The notes under the pieces were generated by a model. The model worked only from the letters and a program-made list of their open reading frames with translations, searched no databases and was not told the DNA's origin. Source: Shigella phage vB_SdyM_006. From it: 64,000 nt of DNA. The first letter of the stretch is position 1. Every line of letters starts with the position of its first letter. The stretch lies in the sequence record MK295204. The stretch is one strand, 5' to 3'. Positions 9,816 through 18,829 of this stretch are shown one piece after another. Position numbers and translations under genes: made by a program.

Positions 9816-10820
9816 CTATTTTGTAATTAAATTGACCCAATCTTTTCGAATGAATTCTTGTATTTCTTTTTGAATAGATTTCTTGATTAATGCTGGGTCA
9901 TCGTAATCAAGAATATCATGCCCGTCTTTTAACATATCTTTTAAAACATCCTGCATCATTAGACCTTGAACTTTGCCAAAATCTTTTGAAGATATTTCGC
10001 CAACATGGCTAATCACATTAGATAAACGTTGTGCAGTGATATATGATGTAGAAAAATTAACCAGTTCTTGGTCGTCATTTGATAATTCTGGTGTAGGTCT
10101 AATTGTTTTTACTTTACCAGTTTCTTTGAACTTAGCATTTTTACATTTAAAAATTACACGGCTTTTATTATTGAACTGTGTTGGAGTAATAGGTTTAAGA
10201 ACATAACCTTCTGCAATATTTTCTGAACCTTCTTTTTGAGGACCAAATACGTGGGCATTTGCAGCCGGAATACCATGTTCTTTTACTATTGCATTAAATT
10301 CTGGGATTAAAGAATCAAATGAACGCTCTAAATTACTTAATTCATCAAAGTCACCAGTTAAAATAACAGGGCAGATTTTAAGATTTGTTTTAGAAGATAA
10401 CATTCTTAAAAATAAAGCATCTACTAAATCACCATTAATTAAAATATCAAATACCCAGAAATCTTTTTCTTCGTAATCTACTTCTCGTTGAATACCAGGG
10501 CCTGCATATTCGCCAAAGACTGTTAAAAGTTCTAAGTCAGGCATTGATTCTTTAACAGTATTAAACATGTCAAGAATGTTTTGTTTATAACGCTTTAAGA
10601 TTAATTCGTATCCAAAAAATGCTTCAGATTCACCAATAAGATTAGTTCGTTTTGCACAAACAACATCTACACCATCACAAATAAAACTAAAATTAGTCCC
10701 ATGTATTTTTTCTTGGGCAATCCAAGGAATACCTGGTGCTGTTTTTCCTTCAAAAAAGGCCTTTTCTACTAATTTAGTGTTATCAATATTTTCAATAGAA
10801 TCATATTTAATAAATTGCAT
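9816..10820 (-). CDS. rnlB: RNA ligase 2
   Basis: 334 aa; nucleotidyltransferase lysine motif KIHGTN, plus blocks GYVLKP and KCKN-KF and GKVQGLMMQDVL matching T4 Rnl2. Confidence 0.9.
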   Translation of the reverse strand: MQFIKYDSIENIDNTKLVEKAFFEGKTAPGIPWIAQEKIHGTNFSFICDGVDVVCAKRTNLIGESEAFFGYELILKRYKQNILDMFNTVKESMPDLELLTVFGEYAGPGIQREVDYEEKDFWVFDILINGDLVDALFLRMLSSKTNLKICPVILTGDFDELSNLERSFDSLIPEFNAIVKEHGIPAANAHVFGPQKEGSENIAEGYVLKPITPTQFNNKSRVIFKCKNAKFKETGKVKTIRPTPELSNDDQELVNFSTSYITAQRLSNVISHVGEISSKDFGKVQGLMMQDVLKDMLKDGHDILDYDDPALIKKSIQKEIQEFIRKDWVNLITK

Positions 10821-11156
10821 TTATACCTCAAACAATCGTATTTTAAGACTAGTTGTATATTTGATTTCTAAATTATAAACTTTACCACTATAAACAACAA
10901 GAATTTTATTTGGGTTTTCTTCACACCACATTATATTATCGTCATTAATAATGTTTAAAAATTCTAGCTCTGAATAACAAGCCCACGAGAATGATTTACT
11001 TAAAAACTCTTTTAAATCAAGCCAATCGGTTTCGTCACAAATAGCAGGACTCATAACAGCAAGTTTGTGGGTATATGTTTCTTTATCACACCAACGAGTA
11101 AAAAACACTTCACGTTTTTCTTCTAAAGGAATAACACCAGCAGTATACCAAGACAT
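10821..11156 (-). CDS. hypothetical protein (paralogue of next gene)
   Basis: C-terminal NKILVVYSGKVYNLEIKYT aligns with NSILVLYIGESTQLEVKFT of 11166..11450. Confidence 0.4.
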   Translation of the reverse strand: MSWYTAGVIPLEEKREVFFTRWCDKETYTHKLAVMSPAICDETDWLDLKEFLSKSFSWACYSELEFLNIINDDNIMWCEENPNKILVVYSGKVYNLEIKYTTSLKIRLFEV

Positions 11157-11165
11157 AATAATTCC

Positions 11166-11450
11166 TTATTTGATTGGGATGATTCTAAATTTGTATTCAC
11201 CGCCACGAGTAAATTTAACTTCTAACTGAGTTGATTCACCAATGTAAAGAACCAAAATTGAATTTTTATTAGAACGTAACCAGTCTTGATATTCTTCAAA
11301 AGACTTGCGTAAAGATGGGATGCTATTTTTATATCGGCCTAAAATAGTCCATGAGAATTCACCACTGCCCATCCATTTAGTGGAACGGTCATATTTTAAA
11401 AGGTTTTCAATATCAATATTTAACCATGTTTTAAAGTTTTCTTTAATCAT
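11166..11450 (-). CDS. hypothetical protein (paralogue of previous gene)
   Basis: 94 aa; shared C-terminal motif with 10821..11156. Confidence 0.4.
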   Translation of the reverse strand: MIKENFKTWLNIDIENLLKYDRSTKWMGSGEFSWTILGRYKNSIPSLRKSFEEYQDWLRSNKNSILVLYIGESTQLEVKFTRGGEYKFRIIPIK

Positions 11451-11650
11451 TTTCTTACCTTCATTCGTTTACGATAAACTACTTTTTCGCGAGTTTTAAA
11501 TTCCTTCTGTTTTTGTTCAACTTCAATATAAACAGAAGCCATTTCTTTAGCTGTTCCACCCATTTTTCTGGCTATATCAACAAAGTGCATACCTTGTTGT
11601 TTAAGAAAGTGGATTTTTATTTTATCATGATTTGTCATTATTTTCTTCAA
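11447..11650 (-). CDS. hypothetical small basic protein
   Basis: 67 aa ORF; 4-nt overlap with downstream gene. Confidence 0.35.
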   Translation of the reverse strand: MKKIMTNHDKIKIHFLKQQGMHFVDIARKMGGTAKEMASVYIEVEQKQKEFKTREKVVYRKRMKVRK

Positions 11651-11831
11651 AATCTTTACAGATATCCAAGAGTTTTTTGTTTAAAGCTTCAACAAATTCT
11701 GTAGCTGAATCAGGGTATTCGTTAAATAAATAACACAAATACTCACTATGTATTTCATGGGCCACTTGAGAAACCATAGTCTTAAGTTCTTTATTCATAT
11801 AATCACCTCTCAATAATGTGTATTCTATCAT
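11625..11831 (-). CDS. hypothetical protein
   Basis: 68 aa ORF; overlaps both neighbours by about 26-29 nt, so the true start may be internal. Confidence 0.3.
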   Translation of the reverse strand: MIEYTLLRGDYMNKELKTMVSQVAHEIHSEYLCYLFNEYPDSATEFVEALNKKLLDICKDFEENNDKS

Positions 11832-12237
11832 CTAAAATATCATTAAGCATAGGACCAATGACATCCCAATTTAAGCCACCATTAGAACACCCTGGTTTAG
11901 GCAGGAGAACTCTTTTAAAATTGTTATTAGATACTATCTCCATTAATTCTAATGCACTCTTACGTATCAGGTCTTTATCAGACTTGTTATACCAATCATG
12001 TTTAGTAGGAAATGATATTAAATTAATGTTATTATATTTCGTAAGAATTCTGCATACATGGCCGTATTGGATTAAGGATTTAGCCATGATTAAGTCTAAA
12101 TTAGGAACCTTCAACGAAAAGAGACGGGCAATTCCGGCTCCCATAACAGCTCTTTTATTTTTCTTGATATTCATGTTTGTTGTAATGCAAATAGCATCAC
12201 AAGGGATATCAAGAATATTTCCAGATACTATTTTCAT
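11803..12237 (-). CDS. macro-domain protein (ADP-ribose binding/hydrolase fold)
   Basis: 144 aa; N-terminal GNILD-x4-DAICITTN and glycine loop AVMGAGIA, C-terminal LLPKPGCSNGGL, resemble macro-domain signature loops. Confidence 0.55.
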   Translation of the reverse strand: MKIVSGNILDIPCDAICITTNMNIKKNKRAVMGAGIARLFSLKVPNLDLIMAKSLIQYGHVCRILTKYNNINLISFPTKHDWYNKSDKDLIRKSALELMEIVSNNNFKRVLLPKPGCSNGGLNWDVIGPMLNDILDDRIHIIER

Positions 12238-12656
12238 AAAGCTTCTTTTAAAACTTCTATAGCATGCTTAATTTCAAAAGGGATACCTTCTGATGGATGC
12301 TGGCGAATGTTATCGTCAATATGACTAAAATCCATGCCAATTACACGGACTTTATATTTTTGCTCACTATCAAATTCTGATATATTAGAACCCCAAGTGT
12401 TTGATGATGTAACTTCTTTAGTCTCAAAATAAGTACATCCACAATGACAATATTCGTGCCAAAAATCACAGTCTTTATCAAATAAAGGGTGGTCTTCGCG
12501 AAGAGTTAAATATACCGCATAACTCCAATCCGGACGACCATCATTAAATAAAGCTTTATAACTAGGTGGTAATCCTGTAAACCATGAAGTAACTTCAATA
12601 GCTTCGCCTTTCTTTTTATCTGCATGAACAGTGTATACATATTTTTGAATAGACAT
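12234..12656 (-). CDS. hypothetical protein with His/Cys cluster
   Basis: 140 aa; contains WHEYCHCGC (HExxH-like plus Cys cluster); start overlaps stop region of downstream macro gene by 4 nt. Confidence 0.45.
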   Translation of the reverse strand: MSIQKYVYTVHADKKKGEAIEVTSWFTGLPPSYKALFNDGRPDWSYAVYLTLREDHPLFDKDCDFWHEYCHCGCTYFETKEVTSSNTWGSNISEFDSEQKYKVRVIGMDFSHIDDNIRQHPSEGIPFEIKHAIEVLKEAL

Positions 12657-12854
12657 TTATTTTACCTCAATAATAGTGAGTTCAGTATCTTCTGTCAAAT
12701 CACAAAAGTCAAAAGCCAATGCAGCAATACCTGGGTATTCTGATTCGTCAATAATACATTCAGTATTATTATTTTTGATGTCTAAGGCTAATTGATAATT
12801 AGACGTAGTAAATCCAAGTTCAAGTTCTTCGCACCATACGGTATACTTTTTCAT
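12657..12854 (-). CDS. small protein, tandem paralogue A
   Basis: 65 aa; aligns along its length with 12855..13049 (VWCEE, GF-T--YQLA, C-terminal IEVK). Confidence 0.45.
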   Translation of the reverse strand: MKKYTVWCEELELGFTTSNYQLALDIKNNNTECIIDESEYPGIAALAFDFCDLTEDTELTIIEVK

Positions 12855-13049
12855 TTATTTTACCTCAATGAGTTCACAATCGTATAAACAACTACACAGT
12901 TCACAAAAAGAATAAGCCGATGCATATGAATCAGTGTCTATCCAAAACCCAAGATTATCAATAGCACCTTTACGAACTTCATAAGCAAGTTGATAATCAA
13001 CTGTTTCAAATCCAATTTTCTTTTCTTCGCACCATACTATATATTTCAT
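12855..13049 (-). CDS. small protein, tandem paralogue B
   Basis: 64 aa; paralogue of 12657..12854. Confidence 0.45.
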   Translation of the reverse strand: MKYIVWCEEKKIGFETVDYQLAYEVRKGAIDNLGFWIDTDSYASAYSFCELCSCLYDCELIEVK

Positions 13050-13894
13050 GAGTATTCCTTGTCATAATAAGAATCTGGAGTAAAAATATTTAACATATTT
13101 GTAGAATTATCAATAGTAATAATATTTTCCTGTTCAACTTCAGGTGTATAATATTTTAAAAACTCTTCTTTAACGTATTTTACTGGATCACTTTTATAAT
13201 CGTCAGTAGAAATATCAAATAATTCAATTGTATACGTATCAAGCCATTTTTCAGAACATGTTAATCGTCCACATAATAATCCATCATAAACGATAGCATA
13301 TTCAATATGGCCCCATTTATATGAGCTATCAGCGTCGTGTCTGATTAGATAAAACTTAATATCAGAATTCTCACAATCATCACTAATATTGTCACGAACA
13401 TCGTATTCATTGAGCTCGGTCAATTCACTTAAAGCATTAATAAACAGGTTTTTATATTGAGGGCCAGTTACTAACTTATCTTCTGTTAGTTCTTTCTCAA
13501 TAAATTCTTTTAAAGTTAAAACTGGCAATTCATACTTAGGAAATAATGCAGTTTCAGTAATAGTGCCGATATTCAATTCGGCCAATTTCTTAATAACAGA
13601 ATCTTCAGCTTTATCAGAATCAGTCCAAATATGAAGAACTTTAAAATTATGATTATTCCAAATTTTTTGTGGGTCAACATCAATCACATCTTGGGTTTTA
13701 GACAAAAACATTAAAAGGTAATCAGAATCATTCCACCCTACTGGGTTTTCGTATTTTTGAATGACTAGATATTGGAAATCAGTCATTAATGCATTATATC
13801 TTTCTTTAGAAGCTAAAGAAGTAGAATCCATAGATGAAGAAAAAGCTTCAATAACACTAGCTGGGTTTTTAATTAACATTTTGAATAGTCCCAT
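13046..13894 (-). CDS. hypothetical protein
   Basis: 282 aa ORF, no recognisable motif. Confidence 0.5.
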   Translation of the reverse strand: MGLFKMLIKNPASVIEAFSSSMDSTSLASKERYNALMTDFQYLVIQKYENPVGWNDSDYLLMFLSKTQDVIDVDPQKIWNNHNFKVLHIWTDSDKAEDSVIKKLAELNIGTITETALFPKYELPVLTLKEFIEKELTEDKLVTGPQYKNLFINALSELTELNEYDVRDNISDDCENSDIKFYLIRHDADSSYKWGHIEYAIVYDGLLCGRLTCSEKWLDTYTIELFDISTDDYKSDPVKYVKEEFLKYYTPEVEQENIITIDNSTNMLNIFTPDSYYDKEYS

Positions 13895-14115
13895 GTGATT
13901 TTAACACGATCATGATATATTACTCTATCATGGCTTTTTGAAACTGTAAATCCTTTTTCTTTAAGAATTTCAATCAACGCATCTTTAATGGCTTCATTTT
14001 CTGGAAGCTTTGCGTAATGCTCTGTACTATCATGCAAAGCCAGTTGGCAAATATCATTTAACACAATAGCTAAATTGTGTTCAACAACAGTATTTTTAAG
14101 ATCAGATAAATTCAT
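13873..14115 (-). CDS. hypothetical protein
   Basis: 80 aa ORF, first gene downstream of a putative minus-strand early promoter. Confidence 0.4.
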   Translation of the reverse strand: MNLSDLKNTVVEHNLAIVLNDICQLALHDSTEHYAKLPENEAIKDALIEILKEKGFTVSKSHDRVIYHDRVKITWDYSKC

Positions 14116-14149
14116 ATTATTCTCACAGTTGCGAATTGATGATGTGTAT

Positions 14150-14177
14150 ACTATATTATAAAATAGTGTTTGTAAAC
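14150..14177 (-). promoter_or_regulatory. putative divergent early promoter (GTTTAC-N16-TATAGT)
   Basis: GTTTAC on minus strand (plus 14172-14177) with TATAGT 16 nt downstream; weaker match. Confidence 0.3.
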
Positions 14178-14200
14178 ATCTAAAATAATTTAAAATAAAT

Positions 14201-14229
14201 GTTTACTTTTGCTGTCATTATGATATTAT
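14201..14229 (+). promoter_or_regulatory. T4-type early promoter (GTTTAC-N17-TATTAT)
   Basis: -35 GTTTAC 14201-14206, 17-nt spacer, -10 TATTAT 14224-14229; part of a conserved cassette. Confidence 0.6.
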
Positions 14230-14271
14230 ATACATATTGAAACGAAACATGAAAAACAAATGGAGTATATT

Positions 14272-14616
14272 ATGAATAAGACACAAATCAATGCAGTTTT
14301 AAAAACTTTAGGTTATGGTAATTTACGTTATTCTAATGGTAAAACATACCGCAGAGGAAACTCTATGGTTAAAGGTTTTCATTTAATTTCTACTGGTGCA
14401 TGTATGGTGACTTCACCAGAAACACAAAAATTTAGTGATCTTGTTAATGAGTTAAAACAACATTTTGAATTACAATCATATTATGACAATTGCATGGCAA
14501 TATTTGTGACAGGAAAATTAAAAATTGTTGTTTGTTTAACAAATTTTAATACATACGGTGGCTTAAACCCAGATTATAAAACATGGTTTGCATCTGTTAA
14601 TATTGAAAAGTTATAA
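14272..14616 (+). CDS. hypothetical protein, lone plus-strand gene in an accessory island
   Basis: Start placed at the second ATG, preceded by GGAGTATAT as in two other copies of the same promoter-leader cassette; own early promoter upstream and bidirectional terminator downstream. Confidence 0.5.
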   Translation: MNKTQINAVLKTLGYGNLRYSNGKTYRRGNSMVKGFHLISTGACMVTSPETQKFSDLVNELKQHFELQSYYDNCMAIFVTGKLKIVVCLTNFNTYGGLNPDYKTWFASVNIEKL

Positions 14617-14620
14617 AACA

Positions 14621-14645
14621 AAAATGGGACCGTAAGGTCCCATTT
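14621..14645. terminator. bidirectional terminator between plus-strand island gene and gene 54
   Basis: TGGGACC-GTAA-GGTCCCA flanked by A-run and T-run. Confidence 0.7.
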
Positions 14646-15560
14646 TCAAATTAATCTTGTTACAGCTCCTATTCCTCCTCCAGCACCACCTAATCTTGTT
14701 AAATTTCTTAATGAAGAGCTTAAAGAGTTTTCTTCTGAAATTGTATCTATGGCACCAATTGCTTTTGATTCTAACCAATCAAGAGCTGCTTGCCTACCGA
14801 CAGAACCTACCTGCATCACCCTGTATGCGAATGTAACATCAAAAACAGCAATAGTATTATTATCTTCATATGAAAGTTCAGGAGCACCTACCGACATAGG
14901 AACACACCCTGTGAACATGGCAACAGTATGTGGAAGACCGTTTCTATTGTGTAAATTAACCTGGATATCGGCTTCAACATCTATAGGTAAAGCACGTAGT
15001 CCTGTGATTGGGTCTTCAACTGAATTCACCCAATCTTGCATAGCTCGATAATTACTTGCTTCTGAATCCATCCTAAACGAAATTATCAACGGGTCATATT
15101 CTCTAGATAGAACTTTTATATTAGGTGAATTATGATTTTTATCCATCTCATAAGATAGTCTGTTTTCTGGTAATTTGACAGAATAAACCATTAACCCAGA
15201 TGTTGGAAATGCCATATTAAAGAAATCTAATAGATAAGTCCCTACTTCAAATTCTCCTAATAATGATTGAACCACACGATTAGACATGGCTCCTAAAAGA
15301 TATTTAGAAACACCAGATTTTCTCACTAGTTTTTGAGTACCAGCAACAACTAGACTTGATACTGCACTAGTTACATCATTTTGAGATATTCCAAGAAAAT
15401 CTGTATCTATAGGTAAATTGTTAAACAAAAAACCACCAAAATTATCTAAAAGCTCATTAGTTTTTGATGATGGGGCTGTGGCAAAAACAACACTAAACAT
15501 GTTTGTTCTTTGGAAGTCAAGATTGACAGCTTGGCTTTTAAATTCTTCTAATGTATACAT
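14646..15560 (-). CDS. 54: baseplate tail-tube junction protein
   Basis: 304 aa; last gene of the 51-27-28-29-48-54 hub series, matching T4 order and length (320 aa). Confidence 0.75.
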   Translation of the reverse strand: MYTLEEFKSQAVNLDFQRTNMFSVVFATAPSSKTNELLDNFGGFLFNNLPIDTDFLGISQNDVTSAVSSLVVAGTQKLVRKSGVSKYLLGAMSNRVVQSLLGEFEVGTYLLDFFNMAFPTSGLMVYSVKLPENRLSYEMDKNHNSPNIKVLSREYDPLIISFRMDSEASNYRAMQDWVNSVEDPITGLRALPIDVEADIQVNLHNRNGLPHTVAMFTGCVPMSVGAPELSYEDNNTIAVFDVTFAYRVMQVGSVGRQAALDWLESKAIGAIDTISEENSLSSSLRNLTRLGGAGGGIGAVTRLI

Positions 15561-16603
15561 TATAACAATCCTTCTGCAAACAAAGTTCCACGATTTAGTG
15601 TTAAAATCTCTCTAAACGTTATTTCAAGAGTAAACGTACTTGGTAAATTTGGGGCCATGGCTAGACCATTAAAATGTCCATTAGGAGATTTGTCAAATCT
15701 TATACTAGAAATCTGGGCTGGTCCAAATATATCAGTTCGGCCATCATAAGAAGATGTTTTACCAAAATTTCGTATAACCCATATTGTTGGGTTACTTACA
15801 ACAAGAACATTAGTTAAAAAACTTGTAATATTTTCCAATATTGTTCCTGAAGTATCAGCACCGTCTGGGGTATTAGGATTTATTAATGTTGTTTTATACC
15901 ATTCATCAATAGCGGCTTTAATTTCTTTAGCAAATTTAGACACACCTGTTTCACCATAAGAGAAATAACTAAATATTTCGTAAATATACAAAATTTGTAT
16001 AAGGTCTTGTGGAGTCCTTGGTGTTAAATGCCAGGTAAAAACTTTAGTTCTATTATCCGCTCCAGCATACATAGATCTAGCTGTAGTATAAATTTGTTCG
16101 CCTTTATCAGCCATAATTCCTTGTGTAATCGAATCTAATGCACCAAAAACAGCCGTTGACGCAACATTACTCAAAGCACCTGTTACGCTACCACCACCTT
16201 TAGTTAATAAAGAATCTCCAACATCATTAAATCTATGAGAAATGTTATCTACGTCAGATTGACTTCTTGGCATTAATATATTAGCAACAGATTCTTGACT
16301 AAAGGTGGTTGTCCCACCTTTTTTAGAAAAATCAATATTAATTGCGTCAACGGCATTTTGTTTTTTTCTAAAGTCTCTTAATGAGCCTGTATCGCGTGCA
16401 TTATAATTATATGCAGTAAATAACAGCCCGTTTTTATATAAGTCATTAAGTCTAAAATCTAAAGCATTATCTGTACCAGAGGCTCGTTCTGCTGGAAACT
16501 GAGCCACTAATGTTTTGGTTTGAGTATTTGTTGGATTAGAAGACCCAGCAGATATTTTTGTTCCTATTTTCTCTACTTCTTCATCCAGAACTTTTATTTT
16601 CAT
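15560..16603 (-). CDS. 48: baseplate tail-tube cap protein
   Basis: 347 aa; position between gp29 and gp54 as in T4 (364 aa). Confidence 0.75.
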   Translation of the reverse strand: MKIKVLDEEVEKIGTKISAGSSNPTNTQTKTLVAQFPAERASGTDNALDFRLNDLYKNGLLFTAYNYNARDTGSLRDFRKKQNAVDAINIDFSKKGGTTTFSQESVANILMPRSQSDVDNISHRFNDVGDSLLTKGGGSVTGALSNVASTAVFGALDSITQGIMADKGEQIYTTARSMYAGADNRTKVFTWHLTPRTPQDLIQILYIYEIFSYFSYGETGVSKFAKEIKAAIDEWYKTTLINPNTPDGADTSGTILENITSFLTNVLVVSNPTIWVIRNFGKTSSYDGRTDIFGPAQISSIRFDKSPNGHFNGLAMAPNLPSTFTLEITFREILTLNRGTLFAEGLL

Positions 16604-18324
16604 TAATTAACCTCTAAAGCTTTATACATGCCAGGAGCAGCATATCCTGTTACAGGATTTTGTTGAATAACAGTCTTATTATTAGCTACATTGTTTTGGA
16701 CATTAGCTGTATTTGTGGTCGTTTGAGATGATGTTTCTGTTGTTTCTATATTATTGATATTTTCTGCACTTGTGTAAGCTTGAGATTCTTTAGGATCTTC
16801 AGGTTTAATAGATGGGATCTGCTCTAATAACAAATCTGATCTATCTAATGCATCTATTCCTAATTTATAATAATCCGAATCGACTTCAACATCTTGGTTA
16901 TCAACAATAGAACTTGCAAGTTCTCTTAATTCGCCAGCTATTTTAGTTAAAGCCTCTGGGTTATTTCTATGAGCTTCAGATAAGGCCATTAATTGATTTA
17001 ATCTAGCTTCAGTTTTTACTTGTTCTTCTATATCGCCCATTTCTGGTGCAGATTCATCTTGCTTTTTAGCTAAAGCAATAGCCCTATCAGCATCTTCTCT
17101 ACTTATAACATTATTTTTTACATAAGTGTTTGCAGCTTCTTCTATAGACCCACCTGTAAATCTTGCTCTAGCTTTTATCATTGATAAATAGCCTTCATCA
17201 TCACTTTTGGCGGTATTTCTAATGTCGTTACCACGAACTTTAGCCATTAACTTAAGTTCATCTTCGTTAGGCATATAACCTGTATTTTTATTATATGCTT
17301 CTATAGTTGCAACTTCTAATTCGTCAGCCCAGTCGTCCTGCCCTATAGCTCGTAATAATGAAGATAACATTTTTCCTAATGCGTACTGTAAGCCTTGTAA
17401 AAGATTTTCTAAAACGTTTACCATACCTTTTACAATGGCTAATGCTAAATTACCAAAATCGCCTTCTTTCCAGAATTTTTTGACATCTTCTAGTGTAGCA
17501 AATATAGAACGCAATATCGGGGCTAGTGGTCCAAGTTTTTCTTCAAAATCGTCAAAGGCTTCATTAAATAATTTACCCCAATATTTAAAATGAATCATTA
17601 TAAGGTCCATAGCTAATACTATAGCCAACATTATTGCTGCCCATTTGGCAGCAAACAACGCCGCTGTTACAGTGTATTTAAACAACATATCAGCTATTCT
17701 GTTTGTCATCCCATAAGCAGATTTGAACCCAGTTTTAACATTTTTATTTAAAGAATTTAAAACTTTAGATAAAGAGTCTTTTTCTTTATTGTCATCTTTA
17801 GGTTCTTTCTTTTTCTTCTCTTCTTCTGGGACCGGTGCTCTATCGACGTCATCTCTTCTAATAACAAGGTCTTTAATAGCAGATTCTAGTTTATTATCTT
17901 CAACCGGAACAGGGAGTTTAGAAAAAGCTTCTTCGGTCTCAGAAACTTCTGGTTCTACAATTTCCTGTTTTTCTGGTTTAAATTTTTCTTTTAACATATT
18001 ACTTAATTTAGATATGTTCGAAGAAAAAGAATTTGATAATTTAGAATTACTTGTTGCTAAGTCTTTTAAGTTATTATTTGTTTCTTGACTAGAATCTATT
18101 AATAACTCAACACCAGCTTGAACATCTTCTACAGAAGAAACAACTTTAGAAGTCCCAGATTCTACGGTTTCTGCAACTAGCTCAATACCATTTGATAAGT
18201 CATCTAAAGAATCAGAAACATTAAGCATAGAGTTAGCAACATTTTCTTGGCCTTTAGATTCTTTAGATATTTTATTTTTTTCTTCTATTACTTTATTTCT
18301 TCTAAACGAATCAGGTGTTTTCAT
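16603..18324 (-). CDS. 29: baseplate hub / tail length determinator
   Basis: 573 aa vs 590 in T4; position after gp28; low-complexity Ser/Asn-rich segments and a central hydrophobic stretch. Confidence 0.75.
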   Translation of the reverse strand: MKTPDSFRRNKVIEEKNKISKESKGQENVANSMLNVSDSLDDLSNGIELVAETVESGTSKVVSSVEDVQAGVELLIDSSQETNNNLKDLATSNSKLSNSFSSNISKLSNMLKEKFKPEKQEIVEPEVSETEEAFSKLPVPVEDNKLESAIKDLVIRRDDVDRAPVPEEEKKKKEPKDDNKEKDSLSKVLNSLNKNVKTGFKSAYGMTNRIADMLFKYTVTAALFAAKWAAIMLAIVLAMDLIMIHFKYWGKLFNEAFDDFEEKLGPLAPILRSIFATLEDVKKFWKEGDFGNLALAIVKGMVNVLENLLQGLQYALGKMLSSLLRAIGQDDWADELEVATIEAYNKNTGYMPNEDELKLMAKVRGNDIRNTAKSDDEGYLSMIKARARFTGGSIEEAANTYVKNNVISREDADRAIALAKKQDESAPEMGDIEEQVKTEARLNQLMALSEAHRNNPEALTKIAGELRELASSIVDNQDVEVDSDYYKLGIDALDRSDLLLEQIPSIKPEDPKESQAYTSAENINNIETTETSSQTTTNTANVQNNVANNKTVIQQNPVTGYAAPGMYKALEVN

Positions 18325-18829
18325 TTTGGAATAATCCTAATATGTCGTCGCCATAAACAACTTTGTCTTCAAGGTTTATAGCAATACTTTTTCCAAGTTC
18401 ATCAGCCCATTTATACACAAAAGCTGGCATACTACCAAAATCAACTTTTTCTAAACATAATGTTTCTAAAAGTTCTTTAGCTGAAGTGAATCTTTCTCCT
18501 GGTAATATGTCTCTAAATTTATATTCTTTTCCTTGATAAGTAAATTTAGGTGTTGGTAATAGATAAACATCATTTATTGAGTAAGTTTTATCTTTATATA
18601 CGAATGTGTCTGTACATTTACCATTAAATTCGGCTAAATGAAGCAAGACTAAATGAGCTTCTTTAAATGACAAATTTTTATCTACAGAATCAAGAACTAT
18701 TTTTAAAGTATCTTCTGGAGATTTAGCTTCTTTGAATTTGTCATAATAATTAAGTCCGAGTTTAGGAATTGTTAATTCTTTTCCATTTATATTAATCTTC
18801 TTCAGTGGAAGAATTATCTTTAATTTCAT
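18311..18829 (-). CDS. 28: baseplate hub distal subunit
   Basis: 172 aa vs 177 in T4; position between gp27 and gp29. Confidence 0.65.
   Translation of the reverse strand: MKLKIILPLKKININGKELTIPKLGLNYYDKFKEAKSPEDTLKIVLDSVDKNLSFKEAHLVLLHLAEFNGKCTDTFVYKDKTYSINDVYLLPTPKFTYQGKEYKFRDILPGERFTSAKELLETLCLEKVDFGSMPAFVYKWADELGKSIAINLEDKVVYGDDILGLFQNENT

Noticed and set aside
11816-12262. Plus-strand 148-aa ORF
   Set aside because: Antisense to the macro-domain gene, which has clear domain motifs; spurious.
12234-12656. HExxH metalloprotease assignment for the macro-adjacent protein
   Set aside because: HEYCH is a five-residue match with no supporting downstream Glu or His motif; kept only as a possible metal site.
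17723-18088. Plus-strand 121-aa Ser-rich ORF
   Set aside because: Antisense inside gene 29; its Ser-rich translation mirrors the low-complexity region of gp29.
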